From: a phage
Sequence record: PV636258.1
Strand: one strand, 5' to 3'
Length of the DNA: 64,000 nucleotides
Shown: positions 48,705 to 58,596 of the stretch, piece by piece
Layout: every line of letters starts with the position of its first letter
Position numbering within the stretch: position 1 is the stretch's first letter
Program-made: the position numbers and the translations under genes
The notes under the pieces: generated by a model
The model's database searches: none
Seen by the model: only the letters and a program-made list of their open reading frames with translations
What the model was told of the DNA's origin: nothing

Positions 48705-49433
48705 TTATTTCAGGGACTCTTTTAATTCTGGAGTCCCTATTTTATCAATAACGCCTCCAGCACAGAGATCTTTGGCCCATTCTCCAAGAACATTCGCAAA
48801 AGAGAAGTTTAGACATTCTTTGATCATACTTTCAATATGAGCAAGTTCTGCAGCTATCCCATCGGTGATATCGTTTATAACTCCATTGACGGCGGTTATT
48901 GCCTCATTGATATGTCCTGTTACTTCAGCAGCCAATTGCTGTAGTTTTGCCATACCTTCTGAGGCACCTTCCATAATCATGTCATACAATTCCGATATCT
49001 TGTTAGTCACAGTCTGGAGAGCGCCTTCCATAGCGTTTAACCATTGGCGGCCTAGATCCTGAACAACACCGAATGCTTTGTTGATCAGGTCACAATTGTT
49101 TGGTTCCCGTGATATACTTTTCAAACCTGATTTATATGAAACGGAAGTCCCAATTCTTGAATACGCTTCATTTATGCTCTGGTCGCCATATGTGTTCAGT
49201 GTCGTTATCCCCGTGTTGGCAGAGCTATACATGTTTGTGGCTGCTGTAAGTTTATCTGGTGTTAATCCACCTGCTGACATAGCCAACTGCATTTCCGGAG
49301 TCGCGTTGGCAGTTATCAATGGTATATTGGTACTACCACTGGTGATTAAATCCTGTGAGGGACCGGAGAGGGACGGAAGCGGGTTGCTAAATGCGTTACC
49401 AGAGGAAAGGACATCGTAGATTTGTGCGTTCAT
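48705..49433 (-). CDS. hypothetical protein (242 aa), late gene
   Basis: ATG 49433 preceded by TATAAATACCCCC embedded in 26-nt palindrome. Confidence 0.6.
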   Translation of the reverse strand: MNAQIYDVLSSGNAFSNPLPSLSGPSQDLITSGSTNIPLITANATPEMQLAMSAGGLTPDKLTAATNMYSSANTGITTLNTYGDQSINEAYSRIGTSVSYKSGLKSISREPNNCDLINKAFGVVQDLGRQWLNAMEGALQTVTNKISELYDMIMEGASEGMAKLQQLAAEVTGHINEAITAVNGVINDITDGIAAELAHIESMIKECLNFSFANVLGEWAKDLCAGGVIDKIGTPELKESLK

Positions 49434-49455
49434 AAAATACCCCCAATTTTGGGGG

Positions 49456-49463
49456 TATTTATA
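49456..49463 (-). promoter_or_regulatory. T4-type late promoter box TATAAATA within perfect palindrome 49435..49460
   Basis: minus strand TATAAATACCCCCAAAATTGGGGGTATTT, 22 nt upstream of ATG 49433. Confidence 0.5.
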
Positions 49464-49464
49464 A

Positions 49465-49635
49465 TCATGGAAGATGATAGATAAAATTCTCGCAGAACTT
49501 TTTGGTGTATTTCTTTAGAAATATAAATTTAGGTTCGCGTGGTGTATTTTTCAGATCATTTAGTGTGATATAACTGATTCGCGCCAGAAAGTACATGGTA
49601 AAAGCGACGCAAAGAATCAAAATTAATTGCAGCAT
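49465..49635 (-). CDS. small membrane protein (56 aa)
   Basis: hydrophobic helix LILILCVAFTMYFLA; GGAG SD; TATAAATA box at 49667..49674. Confidence 0.45.
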   Translation of the reverse strand: MLQLILILCVAFTMYFLARISYITLNDLKNTPREPKFIFLKKYTKKFCENFIYHLP

Positions 49636-49666
49636 AGCTAACTCCATATGGGTGTGAAGGCAAACA

Positions 49667-49674
49667 TATTTATA
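49667..49674 (-). promoter_or_regulatory. late promoter box TATAAATA
   Basis: exact T4 late consensus on minus strand upstream of small membrane ORF. Confidence 0.45.
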
Positions 49675-50092
49675 ACAATCGTTTGGTTTTGGGTTTGCCC
49701 ATGAGAGTGATATTGACATTGACTCCTGCTTTTTTCATGCGGGTAATCATGTCTTGCGTCCCAGTAGACGAACCATCCCATAACGCAATTCCAAAGACCT
49801 CAAGACCTTTTTGTTTGGCCAGGGTTGTAGCTTTGTCTAACATATCTTTGTTACGTTGGTTTCCTGCGCCTTTCCCATATATCGTGTGATAATCCTTAGG
49901 GATCCCCATTGGCGTAACATGGACATAATTGATTTCACACCAATCACGAGATATCAAGTCCACACCAACCGCTTCACCTTCTATAAAAGTTTCGATCTCG
50001 TGGGGATCTAACAGTTCATCCAGTTTGGCGAAGATTTTATCCCGCTCGGTTATTGAGCGGGAACCTGTAATGAGCACGACATATTTCTTCAT
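49670..50092 (-). CDS. SLOG/DprA-like (DUF2493-type) protein
   Basis: YVVLITGSR and WDGSSTGT motifs. Confidence 0.45.
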   Translation of the reverse strand: MKKYVVLITGSRSITERDKIFAKLDELLDPHEIETFIEGEAVGVDLISRDWCEINYVHVTPMGIPKDYHTIYGKGAGNQRNKDMLDKATTLAKQKGLEVFGIALWDGSSTGTQDMITRMKKAGVNVNITLMGKPKTKRLL

Positions 50093-50097
50093 AGAAC

Positions 50098-50415
50098 TCA
50101 CAGCGCCCCAAGATTGCCGATGACATAAAGGGAGCACAGGGGAGTCCCTGACGAGCGGGGTTCGATTGTCATCCCACTCAGGCGGATCAGTTCCAGCAAG
50201 CCGTCGGTGGTCTGATACGCACGAGTCGAACCGTTTGGACGATATAGCTCCAACTCGGTTCGCCCTTCCTTTAATGCGTTACGGATGCGTGTGAATACGC
50301 TGTGGGCTTGATATTTTTGACGTAGAATATCTAAACGGGTGATGAGATTTCGACTGCGGCTGCGACGCCCCTTTGAAGAAACAACTAATTTCATTTCTGG
50401 TGTTTTACAAGCCAT
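50098..50415 (-). CDS. hypothetical basic protein (105 aa)
   Basis: ATG 50415. Confidence 0.5.
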   Translation of the reverse strand: MACKTPEMKLVVSSKGRRSRSRNLITRLDILRQKYQAHSVFTRIRNALKEGRTELELYRPNGSTRAYQTTDGLLELIRLSGMTIEPRSSGTPLCSLYVIGNLGAL

Positions 50416-50483
50416 GTTATAGTCCTCTATTTGTAGGGGTTGGGTATGATTTTAACATACCCGTTCAAATGGTTTAGAACAAA

Positions 50484-50948
50484 TTACAGATCTTGGCACT
50501 GATCGCAATATTCGTCGTATGTGAATGTCTCATCACACAGGCCATCACGCATCATATCGGCCTTGGCTTCGCCAAACATTTTCAGGGTGATAACGTTGCC
50601 GTCTAAATCTTTACGAAGTTCGTTCGGCTTGGTTTCTATGAAGTCGAACACCACAAAGAACCCTTCGGTGACATATTTGATGGTTTTGTTGCTCAGCTTA
50701 CGGATGCCACCATTCTTTTTGAAGATAGAGGTGCGGAGGTTTTCGAATTCAGCCAGATTGTCATCGTGATTCTTGATGGCGTTCAGCATTGCGTCAAGGT
50801 CGATTTCAGGACGAAGCATTTTGACCTGATCTTCGCGGTCATAAGAAGTGAAAGATTCTATGTTGGTGATGCCCAGAGCGTTTTTAACAAACGCGTCAAA
50901 TTTGGTGAAATTGTTGAATGCCCAGACGGAGATTTTTACGGTTGTCAT
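50484..50948 (-). CDS. hypothetical protein (154 aa)
   Basis: ATG 50948 downstream of early promoter. Confidence 0.55.
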   Translation of the reverse strand: MTTVKISVWAFNNFTKFDAFVKNALGITNIESFTSYDREDQVKMLRPEIDLDAMLNAIKNHDDNLAEFENLRTSIFKKNGGIRKLSNKTIKYVTEGFFVVFDFIETKPNELRKDLDGNVITLKMFGEAKADMMRDGLCDETFTYDEYCDQCQDL

Positions 50949-50997
50949 GATGTAGATCCTTCATTTCAGAGTCAGTGTTGTGCTGCTTATGGAATGA

Positions 50998-51025
50998 AGT
51001 ATACGGGGTTTATTGAAGAAGTAAA
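50998..51025 (-). promoter_or_regulatory. sigma70-like early promoter TTTACTtcttcaataa...TATACT
   Basis: minus strand TTTACTtcttcaataaaccccgTATACT overlapping hairpin 51004..51030. Confidence 0.5.
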
Positions 51026-51051
51026 CCCCGTTTATTGAATAAATTTTAAAT

Positions 51052-51306
51052 TTATTTGAAGCGATCAGGAAGAGTGTCGTGAACCTCAGCGCTCAGCACC
51101 AGGAACTTGCCGTCTTTAGTAGGGAAGCAGTAGTCTTTCTTGATGTGGCGCATGTGTTCAGCCGTAGCCGCTACACAGTCGTTAGTCACGTCGGTCTTCT
51201 CACCTACCCACATACTGGTTTTGGTATTCAATGTACCTTGGAAGATAGTGCCCGTCAACGGGCTTGCTCCAATCTTTTTGATTCTCATAATTTCTCCCAA
51301 GTCCAT
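51052..51306 (-). CDS. hypothetical protein (84 aa)
   Basis: ATG 51306 with AAGG SD. Confidence 0.45.
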   Translation of the reverse strand: MDLGEIMRIKKIGASPLTGTIFQGTLNTKTSMWVGEKTDVTNDCVAATAEHMRHIKKDYCFPTKDGKFLVLSAEVHDTLPDRFK

Positions 51307-51659
51307 GTTTGCGCCTTGGCTTTTCCGACTACTGGAACGTTACGGTGCATGTTTCTGAAGCTGCCTGTCTGATAAAAACAGATCCTGATGCGTTCATTTT
51401 CGGTATGCTGTGCCCAAACATGATGACCGTCTGGGTATGGGTCGTGACCAGCGCTACCTCCTTGTAGAGCTGTTTTGGTAACGACATAATGCCCTTGCAT
51501 GTAACCGAAGAATCCCTCAGGGGTGATATAACCAGAGTCCGTTTGCCAATCTCCCTTGCAATTAGAATACAAGAAATGCTTAGGCACCTGAGTTTCAATG
51601 GTCATTTCTTCTGTGAGAACGAACACATCGCCGACTTGAAGCAGTGGTAAATTGCTCAT
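51285..51659 (-). CDS. hypothetical protein (124 aa)
   Basis: ATG 51659 with GAGAG SD. Confidence 0.5.
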   Translation of the reverse strand: MSNLPLLQVGDVFVLTEEMTIETQVPKHFLYSNCKGDWQTDSGYITPEGFFGYMQGHYVVTKTALQGGSAGHDPYPDGHHVWAQHTENERIRICFYQTGSFRNMHRNVPVVGKAKAQTWTWEKL

Positions 51660-51670
51660 ATATTAATCTC

Positions 51671-52117
51671 TCACATGTTGCTGATTTTAAATAAAGTCGG
51701 AACATAGCACGGGTGTTGTTCACAGGACATGAAGGTATCAAAACGGGAACCTTTAACCAAGCCAGGCAGTTCGCCTTTCTTCAGGAGATCACGCACTAAC
51801 TCTTGCGTGTCATACCAACTTTTTGCCGGATTGGATTGGACTTCTGAAACTCGGATTTTCAACTCCCCAGTCGAATAATATTTACCGCTTTCCTTCATAT
51901 AATAAAGGTTGACGGTCAGATATTGAGGAGAATCTATTTCTTCCCAACCGTTATCAACCAAGTCTTGGCGGTCATTGTCGTGACTTTGATAATCAATGCC
52001 ACCGCTGGCCAATTTATAGCATTTGAAAATGCGAAAACCTTCGATAGGTGTATCGATGTCGCTACGAAAAAACTGGGAACGTCCTGGACTAATAAAGATA
52101 TAATTTTGTTTAGACAT
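51671..52117 (-). CDS. hypothetical protein (148 aa)
   Basis: ATG 52117 with GAGAG SD. Confidence 0.55.
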   Translation of the reverse strand: MSKQNYIFISPGRSQFFRSDIDTPIEGFRIFKCYKLASGGIDYQSHDNDRQDLVDNGWEEIDSPQYLTVNLYYMKESGKYYSTGELKIRVSEVQSNPAKSWYDTQELVRDLLKKGELPGLVKGSRFDTFMSCEQHPCYVPTLFKISNM

Positions 52118-52132
52118 GATGTAGTTCTCTCT

Positions 52133-52366
52133 TCAAAGTGATAAATGGTTGCATGAGTCTTCTTGACTTGCCAACTCCCAACGAATGATCGTGCCGTCCA
52201 TTTGGGTTATGTCGCAATTCAAATTACTTCCTGGGAGATAAAGGTCTGGCTTCAGATAATATCTCGTTTCACCGTCTTCAAATATTTTTTGAGCCGTGAA
52301 AACTTCGATTTTAGATTCCAAATAGTTCTTATCCAGATATATCTTACGGATTAGAGTCGGCATCAT
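52133..52366 (-). CDS. hypothetical protein (about 77 aa)
   Basis: ATG pair at 52366/52363; N-terminal part of track ORF overlaps neighbouring gene. Confidence 0.4.
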   Translation of the reverse strand: MMPTLIRKIYLDKNYLESKIEVFTAQKIFEDGETRYYLKPDLYLPGSNLNCDITQMDGTIIRWELASQEDSCNHLSL

Positions 52367-52538
52367 CCCACCCCCATTCGTCTTCCCAAGCCTGACGTGG
52401 AGTTTTGCCAGATTCATAATCTTCACGCCAAGCATCTGCATCAGCGGCAGAACCATGTTGAGAACGGGCAACGCGCTCTAATTCGGTATGCCATTCTGCA
52501 AAGTTGGAGTTTTCATTGTTAAGAGTTTCTTTTGCCAT
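52344..52538 (-). CDS. small acidic Trp-rich protein (64 aa)
   Basis: ATG 52538 with AGGAAT SD. Confidence 0.4.
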   Translation of the reverse strand: MAKETLNNENSNFAEWHTELERVARSQHGSAADADAWREDYESGKTPRQAWEDEWGWDDADSNP

Positions 52539-52599
52539 GAGTTGTATTCCTATTGTGAAAGTTGGGTAATGATGGTTCATTACCCATTTATTGAAAATA

Positions 52600-52914
52600 T
52601 TAACAATTATCTTTAGACTCGTTTTCACAATTTGGGTGATAAAACGTTCCCAGTTTAGTATGGATGACGTCCATGTGGGCATTGATTCTATCGATGATAT
52701 CGTCCTGCTCTCCTTGTATGTTAAGGATAGCACCAACAAGACCTGGATTGTGTGTTGATTTTTCTTCAGAATCAGATTCGGGAAATTCACCATCTAATTG
52801 TCGACGAATATTGATCACATTAGTAAGGATGTCAAAAAGACGTTCTTTTTGGGTGCGGGAATTAATGAGGATTTGTGACACGGATTGTTCAGAGGTAATA
52901 TTTCGGGTTGTCAT
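52600..52914 (-). CDS. hypothetical protein (104 aa)
   Basis: ATG 52914 with AGGAG SD. Confidence 0.5.
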   Translation of the reverse strand: MTTRNITSEQSVSQILINSRTQKERLFDILTNVINIRRQLDGEFPESDSEEKSTHNPGLVGAILNIQGEQDDIIDRINAHMDVIHTKLGTFYHPNCENESKDNC

Positions 52915-53001
52915 GACTGATACTCCTGTTGTAAGAAAGTTATATCGTACAACAGGAATTGTTATTGAACTATTCGCGTATTAAATCGTTACGATAAACA
53001 A

Positions 53002-53238
53002 TCACGTATTTTGAGAAACATATTTCAGATATGCGTATTTGTAACCTTCCTCGGTGAGTACACACAGATGTGTATCTCGACCTTTTGGTACGTTTTTAAC
53101 ATCAACTCGTTTACAAAACCCCAGGGATGCCAATTCGGCTTCTCCAGATTTAGCAGGTATTTCCCCAGCTTCACGAGGTCCAAACCAGAAAAGAACGAAT
53201 AGAGTATCGATGGCACCGCCGGATAATTGATGAGACAT
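53002..53238 (-). CDS. hypothetical protein (78 aa)
   Basis: ATG 53238 with AAGGAGG SD, just downstream of gp23 terminator. Confidence 0.5.
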   Translation of the reverse strand: MSHQLSGGAIDTLFVLFWFGPREAGEIPAKSGEAELASLGFCKRVDVKNVPKGRDTHLCVLTEEGYKYAYLKYVSQNT

Positions 53239-53284
53239 TTTAACCTCCTTTGATAAATGAGGCTTTATTATCTTACATATCCCT

Positions 53285-53311
53285 ATAAAGAAAAACCCCG
53301 CCGAAGCGGGG
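53285..53311 (-). terminator. rho-independent terminator after major capsid gene
   Basis: hairpin ccccgc-cgaa-gcgggg followed by TTTTTCTTT on minus strand; identical hairpin recurs at 59652..59667. Confidence 0.65.
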
Positions 53312-53332
53312 TTTGTTATCAAAACCTGTCGA

Positions 53333-54655
53333 TTAGAACAGAGATTTGATCAGACCTTTGCGGAAATACGGGTTGCTGTCTTGAGCAATACCGTCAGCAG
53401 TCACGTAAACCTGCGGGTCTTGGTTCGCCGGAATCTGTACGAACGGGTTAGCACAGATGCCGTAACGGGTTTTGAACGCCATACGCGGAGCGAAGGTGGT
53501 TTCACCCTGGGTGCGGTACATTTCCAGCGGCACATACGGCGCGAAGAAGATACCAGCATCCAGCGCAGTTGCGCCTTTGTATGCCAGAGTGATATATTCT
53601 GCTACAGCATACGGGTCAACATAGACGCGCATACCGTTGGACAGAACACCAGCGAAGGTCTGGCCAGTCGGGTCAACAGCCAGTTTAGTGTTTTCCTGCA
53701 GAACCGGAGCATAGTCCAGCATGCCAGACATCGCCAGAGCGGATGCCACGTTCGGAGAACACAGAACACGGTTGCCTTTACCACGACGGGTGTCAACACC
53801 GATACCGTTCGCTTCAACTTCCAGCATGAAAGTCAGGAACTTCCATTTTTCCAGCGCCCAACGACCGGAGATGTCCTGCGCGATATCAACAACACCGTTG
53901 GTACCGAATTTTTTGAAGCGAACAGCACTGAAGTTCATGGTACGGATGAATTCACGGTTCATTTCCGCCTGAATTTCAGTTACCATCACGTCAGACAGGA
54001 TATTATCCACGTCTTCGCCGTGAATCGCCATCATGTCCTGACGCAGTTCGTGGCTGTAATCAGCGTACAGGCCGCGAGACTTGGCAGTAACGGTCGCTTT
54101 CTGAACAGTGATACCAACACGCGCCCAAGGGTTGGTGGTAGTACCCAGCAGTTCAGCGTCACTTGACGGCATACCTTTACCGATAGTGGTCACGCCAGAG
54201 CCAGAACCTTCGATTTCAGCCTGACTAAAGCCAGACGGGTCGCCAGCCTGTACAGTACCATCACCGGAATAGCCGGAATCGGCTTCCTGCATGAACAGTT
54301 CTTTACGAGACTGTGCGGTGTTGGAACTGTCGCCAACGCCCTGGCGAGCGCGCAGTGCAAAGATCTGACCGTCAGGACCAGACAGCGGCTGAACACCGAA
54401 GAAGTCCATCGCGATGTTGATCGGCGCCAGACGTTTTGCCATGTCGATCAGAACTGGCTGCCATTTACCGACAGTGCTGTTCACAGAACCAGGTGCGTCA
54501 GATTCGCCCAGGTTTTTTGCGTTCCATTCAGCCTGGTTCTGCATCAGACGGATGGTTACGTTTTCGACAGACAGAGGTTGAATAGCTTCAGATTCTTTTT
54601 GGAGAACTGGCAGCCACTGTTTGCGCATTTCTTCGGTTACAAGTTTCTTAGTCAT
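53333..54655 (-). CDS. 23: major capsid protein (gp23-like)
   Basis: FFGVQPLSGPDGQIFALRAR and KTRYGICANPF blocks parallel T4 gp23; AAGGAA SD. Confidence 0.92.
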   Translation of the reverse strand: MTKKLVTEEMRKQWLPVLQKESEAIQPLSVENVTIRLMQNQAEWNAKNLGESDAPGSVNSTVGKWQPVLIDMAKRLAPINIAMDFFGVQPLSGPDGQIFALRARQGVGDSSNTAQSRKELFMQEADSGYSGDGTVQAGDPSGFSQAEIEGSGSGVTTIGKGMPSSDAELLGTTTNPWARVGITVQKATVTAKSRGLYADYSHELRQDMMAIHGEDVDNILSDVMVTEIQAEMNREFIRTMNFSAVRFKKFGTNGVVDIAQDISGRWALEKWKFLTFMLEVEANGIGVDTRRGKGNRVLCSPNVASALAMSGMLDYAPVLQENTKLAVDPTGQTFAGVLSNGMRVYVDPYAVAEYITLAYKGATALDAGIFFAPYVPLEMYRTQGETTFAPRMAFKTRYGICANPFVQIPANQDPQVYVTADGIAQDSNPYFRKGLIKSLF

Positions 54656-54746
54656 GATGCTCGTTCCTTACATTGATATTCAGTTAAGTTGAAATTACTT
54701 AGTAGTTCAAAATCAAGCCCCCTTTCGAGGGCTGTGGCTGCTAAAA

Positions 54747-55586
54747 TTAGCCGTTCAGCAAAGCACTGATCTGGCGACGGACGGCTTCGTTGACTTCTTT
54801 GCCAACTTCGTCTTTGTCATCATCGTCATCGTCATCATCGTCGGCTTCACCTTCTTTCTTCGGTTTTTTACCTTCTTTGATGTCTTTTTCAGACTTGTCG
54901 CCATCCGGCTTGCCTTTTTCATTGTCTTTGCCGACTTTATCAGAGAAGTCATCTTTGCCTTCTACCAGGTTACGGAAGGTGCGCACACGGGATTCAAATT
55001 CAGACTCGGTCTGGAATTCAATACCTTCCAGCAGGTTGACAACAGTGTCTTTCTTGGTGTCAACCATACCTTCACAAATACGATCAATGACATCATTGCG
55101 CTGGCGTTTGGTTTCACTTTCTTTGAGCTGAGCCAATTCAGTATTGGCAATGCTGGCGCGTTTCTCTGCTTCAGCCAGGCGGTTGGTGAGAGCTGCAATC
55201 TGACCGTCTGGGTCAGTGGCGAAACTAACACCTGCTTCTTTCAGAACATTAGAGAAACCAGTGAGGAAGCGTTCAGCAGCTTCGGTTTTGATCTGAGCGT
55301 CAATAGCTGGGGCATTTTTGTTAGCCCATTCTTCAACAACCGCGTTGAGGAACGAATCAACTTTTTCCGCCAACTGAAGAGTGAAATTTTCTTTAAGGTC
55401 TGCGACTTCTTTCTGGTGAGCTTCTACCAGAGTCAGGCGCTCAACGTTACCAGCCGCTTCAGTTTCTTGAATAGCTTGCAGACGGGCGGCTTCAACTTTA
55501 GATTCCAGCAGACCAGATACTTTGTCCAAGAAATCGGTGCTGAGGCCATTAACGCCTTCAAACAGTTTTTGCAATTCAGGTTTCAT
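54747..55586 (-). CDS. 22: prohead scaffold protein (gp22-like)
   Basis: alpha-helical, acidic C-terminal poly-Asp run; position between gp21 and gp23; CTAAATAC box 28 nt upstream. Confidence 0.8.
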   Translation of the reverse strand: MKPELQKLFEGVNGLSTDFLDKVSGLLESKVEAARLQAIQETEAAGNVERLTLVEAHQKEVADLKENFTLQLAEKVDSFLNAVVEEWANKNAPAIDAQIKTEAAERFLTGFSNVLKEAGVSFATDPDGQIAALTNRLAEAEKRASIANTELAQLKESETKRQRNDVIDRICEGMVDTKKDTVVNLLEGIEFQTESEFESRVRTFRNLVEGKDDFSDKVGKDNEKGKPDGDKSEKDIKEGKKPKKEGEADDDDDDDDDKDEVGKEVNEAVRRQISALLNG

Positions 55587-55614
55587 GATAGTTTCCTTCT
55601 GAACGATTTTTCAG

Positions 55615-55621
55615 TATTTAG
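55615..55621 (-). promoter_or_regulatory. late-promoter-like box CTAAATA upstream of gp22
   Basis: minus strand cactaaatactg, 28 nt before ATG 55586. Confidence 0.45.
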
Positions 55622-55632
55622 TGAGCTGAATT

Positions 55633-56301
55633 TCAGCCCAGATGATTCAATGCTGCATCAAGGCGGCGCAGGAAGTCGTCTTCTACTTGAATATTGGCTT
55701 TCACCAACTGATCAACAACGTTTCCTTTAACATCCCGAGGCATCCAAATACCAGAAGCCTCATCAAGCTGCCATTCAACAGATTCACTCACAGCCTTAAC
55801 ATAACAAACTTGTCCAGAAGGACGGTCGACTGCATCAACAGCGGTGAGCATAAAGCCAGGCTGAACGTCATCATAACCGTTTACTGACTTGGTCTCACCC
55901 AGGCCACGTGTAGACACGGCCAGATTGAAGTCTGCTTCAGCCAATGCACGTATGATTTGGCCTTTTGGTGTATTTAAAATTCGCGCCCGACCGATGGCAT
56001 TAGTGCCTTCCCAGCGAAGGGATTCGGTTTTGAGCGCTGCTTCCACCAGATTAGGGAAAGGATAGTCAGGATGTGTGACTTCACCGATTGCGCGACGATC
56101 TTGGATATACTCTTTGTCGTATGCTTCGACAGCAGGAATACCCACTTTCTGCAGATCATAGTTACGCCCGTTACGGTTGACTTGGTTACACATCACAAAC
56201 GGACCTTCGATGAACATGGCCTTCCCACCAGTTGAGGTTGTGGCCTCACCGATTTGAAGATCCTTCCCTATCGCTGTGATCTCACGCAACAGTTTCATCA
56301 T
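55633..56301 (-). CDS. 21: prohead protease (gp21-like)
   Basis: size and position as T4 gp21; GEVTHPDYP and catalytic-type Ser/His regions; AAGGAG SD. Confidence 0.85.
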   Translation of the reverse strand: MMKLLREITAIGKDLQIGEATTSTGGKAMFIEGPFVMCNQVNRNGRNYDLQKVGIPAVEAYDKEYIQDRRAIGEVTHPDYPFPNLVEAALKTESLRWEGTNAIGRARILNTPKGQIIRALAEADFNLAVSTRGLGETKSVNGYDDVQPGFMLTAVDAVDRPSGQVCYVKAVSESVEWQLDEASGIWMPRDVKGNVVDQLVKANIQVEDDFLRRLDAALNHLG

Positions 56302-56308
56302 AAACTCC

Positions 56309-56626
56309 TTACTTGTTCTTACTCAGTCCCATCATTTTGCGGAACTTCATAGCCTTTTTCTTACGACGCTCGATTTTACGTTGATAGCCCATTCCCATAC
56401 GCTTTTTAGAGCGGAGGGCTTTGCGGTTGCCGATCTTGCGAACACGACGTTCGCTGGCATCCATGACTTCACAACGTGAACCATCAGCCGACAATTTGAA
56501 CCCAGGGGCACATTTCAGACGGCGGCGGCGTTTACCACGAGCGTTCACTTTATCGATGACTCGCTGCTCGTCCATACGAGAGGCCAGGAAATCAGCGAAC
56601 GTGGCGATCTCTGTGATTTCCATCAT
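56309..56626 (-). CDS. prohead core protein-like (very basic C-terminus)
   Basis: position between portal and protease as T4 gp67/gp68; Arg/Lys-rich tail; AAGGAG SD. Confidence 0.45.
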   Translation of the reverse strand: MMEITEIATFADFLASRMDEQRVIDKVNARGKRRRRLKCAPGFKLSADGSRCEVMDASERRVRKIGNRKALRSKKRMGMGYQRKIERRKKKAMKFRKMMGLSKNK

Positions 56627-56634
56627 GCATCTCC

Positions 56635-56805
56635 TTACTGGCCGTTGTTGTTTGAATTCATATCAGCTGCGATAGAATCCAGAACATATGCTGTGCCTTG
56701 GTTTAATAGTTCTTGACTACGTGCATCAAGTTCCATGTTGCATTCTGCAACAGCAGTTTCAGTGTCACCGTCAATTACTGCACGAACGATATCAATTGCG
56801 CTCAT
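56635..56805 (-). CDS. small acidic protein (56 aa), possible prohead core component
   Basis: ORF below track cutoff found by hand: ATG 56805 with GGAGAT SD and CTAAATAT box 27 nt upstream. Confidence 0.35.
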   Translation of the reverse strand: MSAIDIVRAVIDGDTETAVAECNMELDARSQELLNQGTAYVLDSIAADMNSNNNGQ

Positions 56806-56832
56806 GATTTTGATCTCCGAATTAATTTTCTA

Positions 56833-56839
56833 TATTTAG
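56833..56839 (-). promoter_or_regulatory. late-promoter-like box CTAAATA
   Basis: minus strand aactaaatatag immediately after portal stop. Confidence 0.4.
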
Positions 56840-56846
56840 TTGAACT

Positions 56847-58529
56847 TTAAATACTATCGTCTGTTGAACCGGAGAATGGGATAGTCTCAGGTTTAAACTT
56901 CAACGGACTAACATCTGAACCGCTATAATTGCCAGTTTCATCTGCTTGAACCTTCGGATAGAGACCTTTCTTCTTCTCTTCCGCGATCTTCGTTTGTTGT
57001 TCTTTAACTTCTTCATCAGACATACGCAATACATTTCTCATGACGTAGTCTATGGAGAAAATGGAACCAACGAATGGCTCAACAGTGTTCAATGAAGCCA
57101 GACGATCATTCAAGATAGCGTTTTCTTGTTGTTCACGAATGTAACTATCTGATGTGAATTCAAACTTTATAAACGGTTTGATCTTCTCATTCCAATCCTT
57201 TTCATCCGTAACGCCTTTCAAAATTAACTGGCGGCGCAAGAATTCCATAAAGAAATGGGAGTAACGGCGTCGTAACCCAGCACAGAACTTGCTGAAGCGC
57301 AGCTCTTCCTGTGTAATCTCCGCAAGGTTAGAACCCCCAATGTTAATGGAACCTTCTTCCTGAAGACGGCTCTTGGGGATCATCAGTGCATCATAGAGTT
57401 TTTCACGGAAATAATTCACATGGTCCATTTCACCCAATTGATTCCCACCACCAACAGTTGCAATTTCTGTGGCGTTTTGGCCTTCACGACGAGGCAACCA
57501 ATAATCTTCTGCAATCCCCATGAGGTGGGCGTTGCCTGTAATTTTACCAGTGGTCCTGTCGTATGCATTACGGTTTTTGAATTTACCCATCATCATAGTC
57601 ATGTATTCTTCAGCAGATTTCTTGCCGAGAGTACCGACGTCGAGATAGAATGCGCGTTTCTCGGGGGCACGAGTGATGGCATAAATTACTGTTGCGTCTT
57701 CAGTCGTAACCAAGTTGTTCAACGGACGGATTGCAGGATTTAAAAGCCCTGGGACAATACCGTTAGCCAATGGTTCTTCACCACTATCGATATAAACGAT
57801 ACTTTCATCATCAAACACGAGTTCTTGTTGTGAAGGTTGGAAGTTTTGAGAAGTACCTGATTGACCAGTGAATTGATTCCGGTTGTAATTCGGATTGTAA
57901 TAGTATTTCAGCGTTACAGATTCGATCGCTTCTATACCACCTTCACGCATTGCCTTTTCAACGATGTACACAGGACGAATACAACGAGAATCCAGCATGA
58001 CCAATTTCTTGATCCCACCCTTCTTATTCGTTGGGTCAACAATCACATGATACGCTTGTCGACCATCTACATACCATTTCCGAATTTTTTGATACGCCGT
58101 ATTTTCAAAATCCATCAAATGAATCACTTCTTTGAAACATTCGGTGATAGATTCTTTGACTGATTCAGAAATACCATCAACTTTGTCAAGATTGACTGTC
58201 ACCGGAGTTTCGTCTTCCTCACATGTGACAACGTCATTAACAATGATGTCCACAGCTTTGCGTATTTCTGGCTGCTGGGCCATGGACTGATATTCTTCCA
58301 CAACTGTTTTAACGCTGAGAAGTTCACTCTCAACGCCAACATAGTTGTAGGTGTTTGCACCGCCCTGAAGGATTATAGAACCGTCTTGAGCATCGTCCAG
58401 AGCAACAACTGTCGCCTTGGTGAGCAACAATTCATCTTGTTTTTGGGCTAACTTATCGGTGTCGACTTTGGCATTGACTAAACCGCCGCCACCAAACAAA
58501 CCGAAGAACCCTCTGCCGTATCCAGCCAT
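56847..58529 (-). CDS. 20: portal vertex protein (gp20-like)
   Basis: 560 aa; position upstream of prohead core/protease/scaffold/capsid; GAGGAC SD. Confidence 0.88.
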   Translation of the reverse strand: MAGYGRGFFGLFGGGGLVNAKVDTDKLAQKQDELLLTKATVVALDDAQDGSIILQGGANTYNYVGVESELLSVKTVVEEYQSMAQQPEIRKAVDIIVNDVVTCEEDETPVTVNLDKVDGISESVKESITECFKEVIHLMDFENTAYQKIRKWYVDGRQAYHVIVDPTNKKGGIKKLVMLDSRCIRPVYIVEKAMREGGIEAIESVTLKYYYNPNYNRNQFTGQSGTSQNFQPSQQELVFDDESIVYIDSGEEPLANGIVPGLLNPAIRPLNNLVTTEDATVIYAITRAPEKRAFYLDVGTLGKKSAEEYMTMMMGKFKNRNAYDRTTGKITGNAHLMGIAEDYWLPRREGQNATEIATVGGGNQLGEMDHVNYFREKLYDALMIPKSRLQEEGSINIGGSNLAEITQEELRFSKFCAGLRRRYSHFFMEFLRRQLILKGVTDEKDWNEKIKPFIKFEFTSDSYIREQQENAILNDRLASLNTVEPFVGSIFSIDYVMRNVLRMSDEEVKEQQTKIAEEKKKGLYPKVQADETGNYSGSDVSPLKFKPETIPFSGSTDDSI

Positions 58530-58596
58530 GATCTAAGTCCTCAACATTTTCTTGTAATTAGTGAGGGGGAATAACATTCCCCCAGCACCGAGGACA

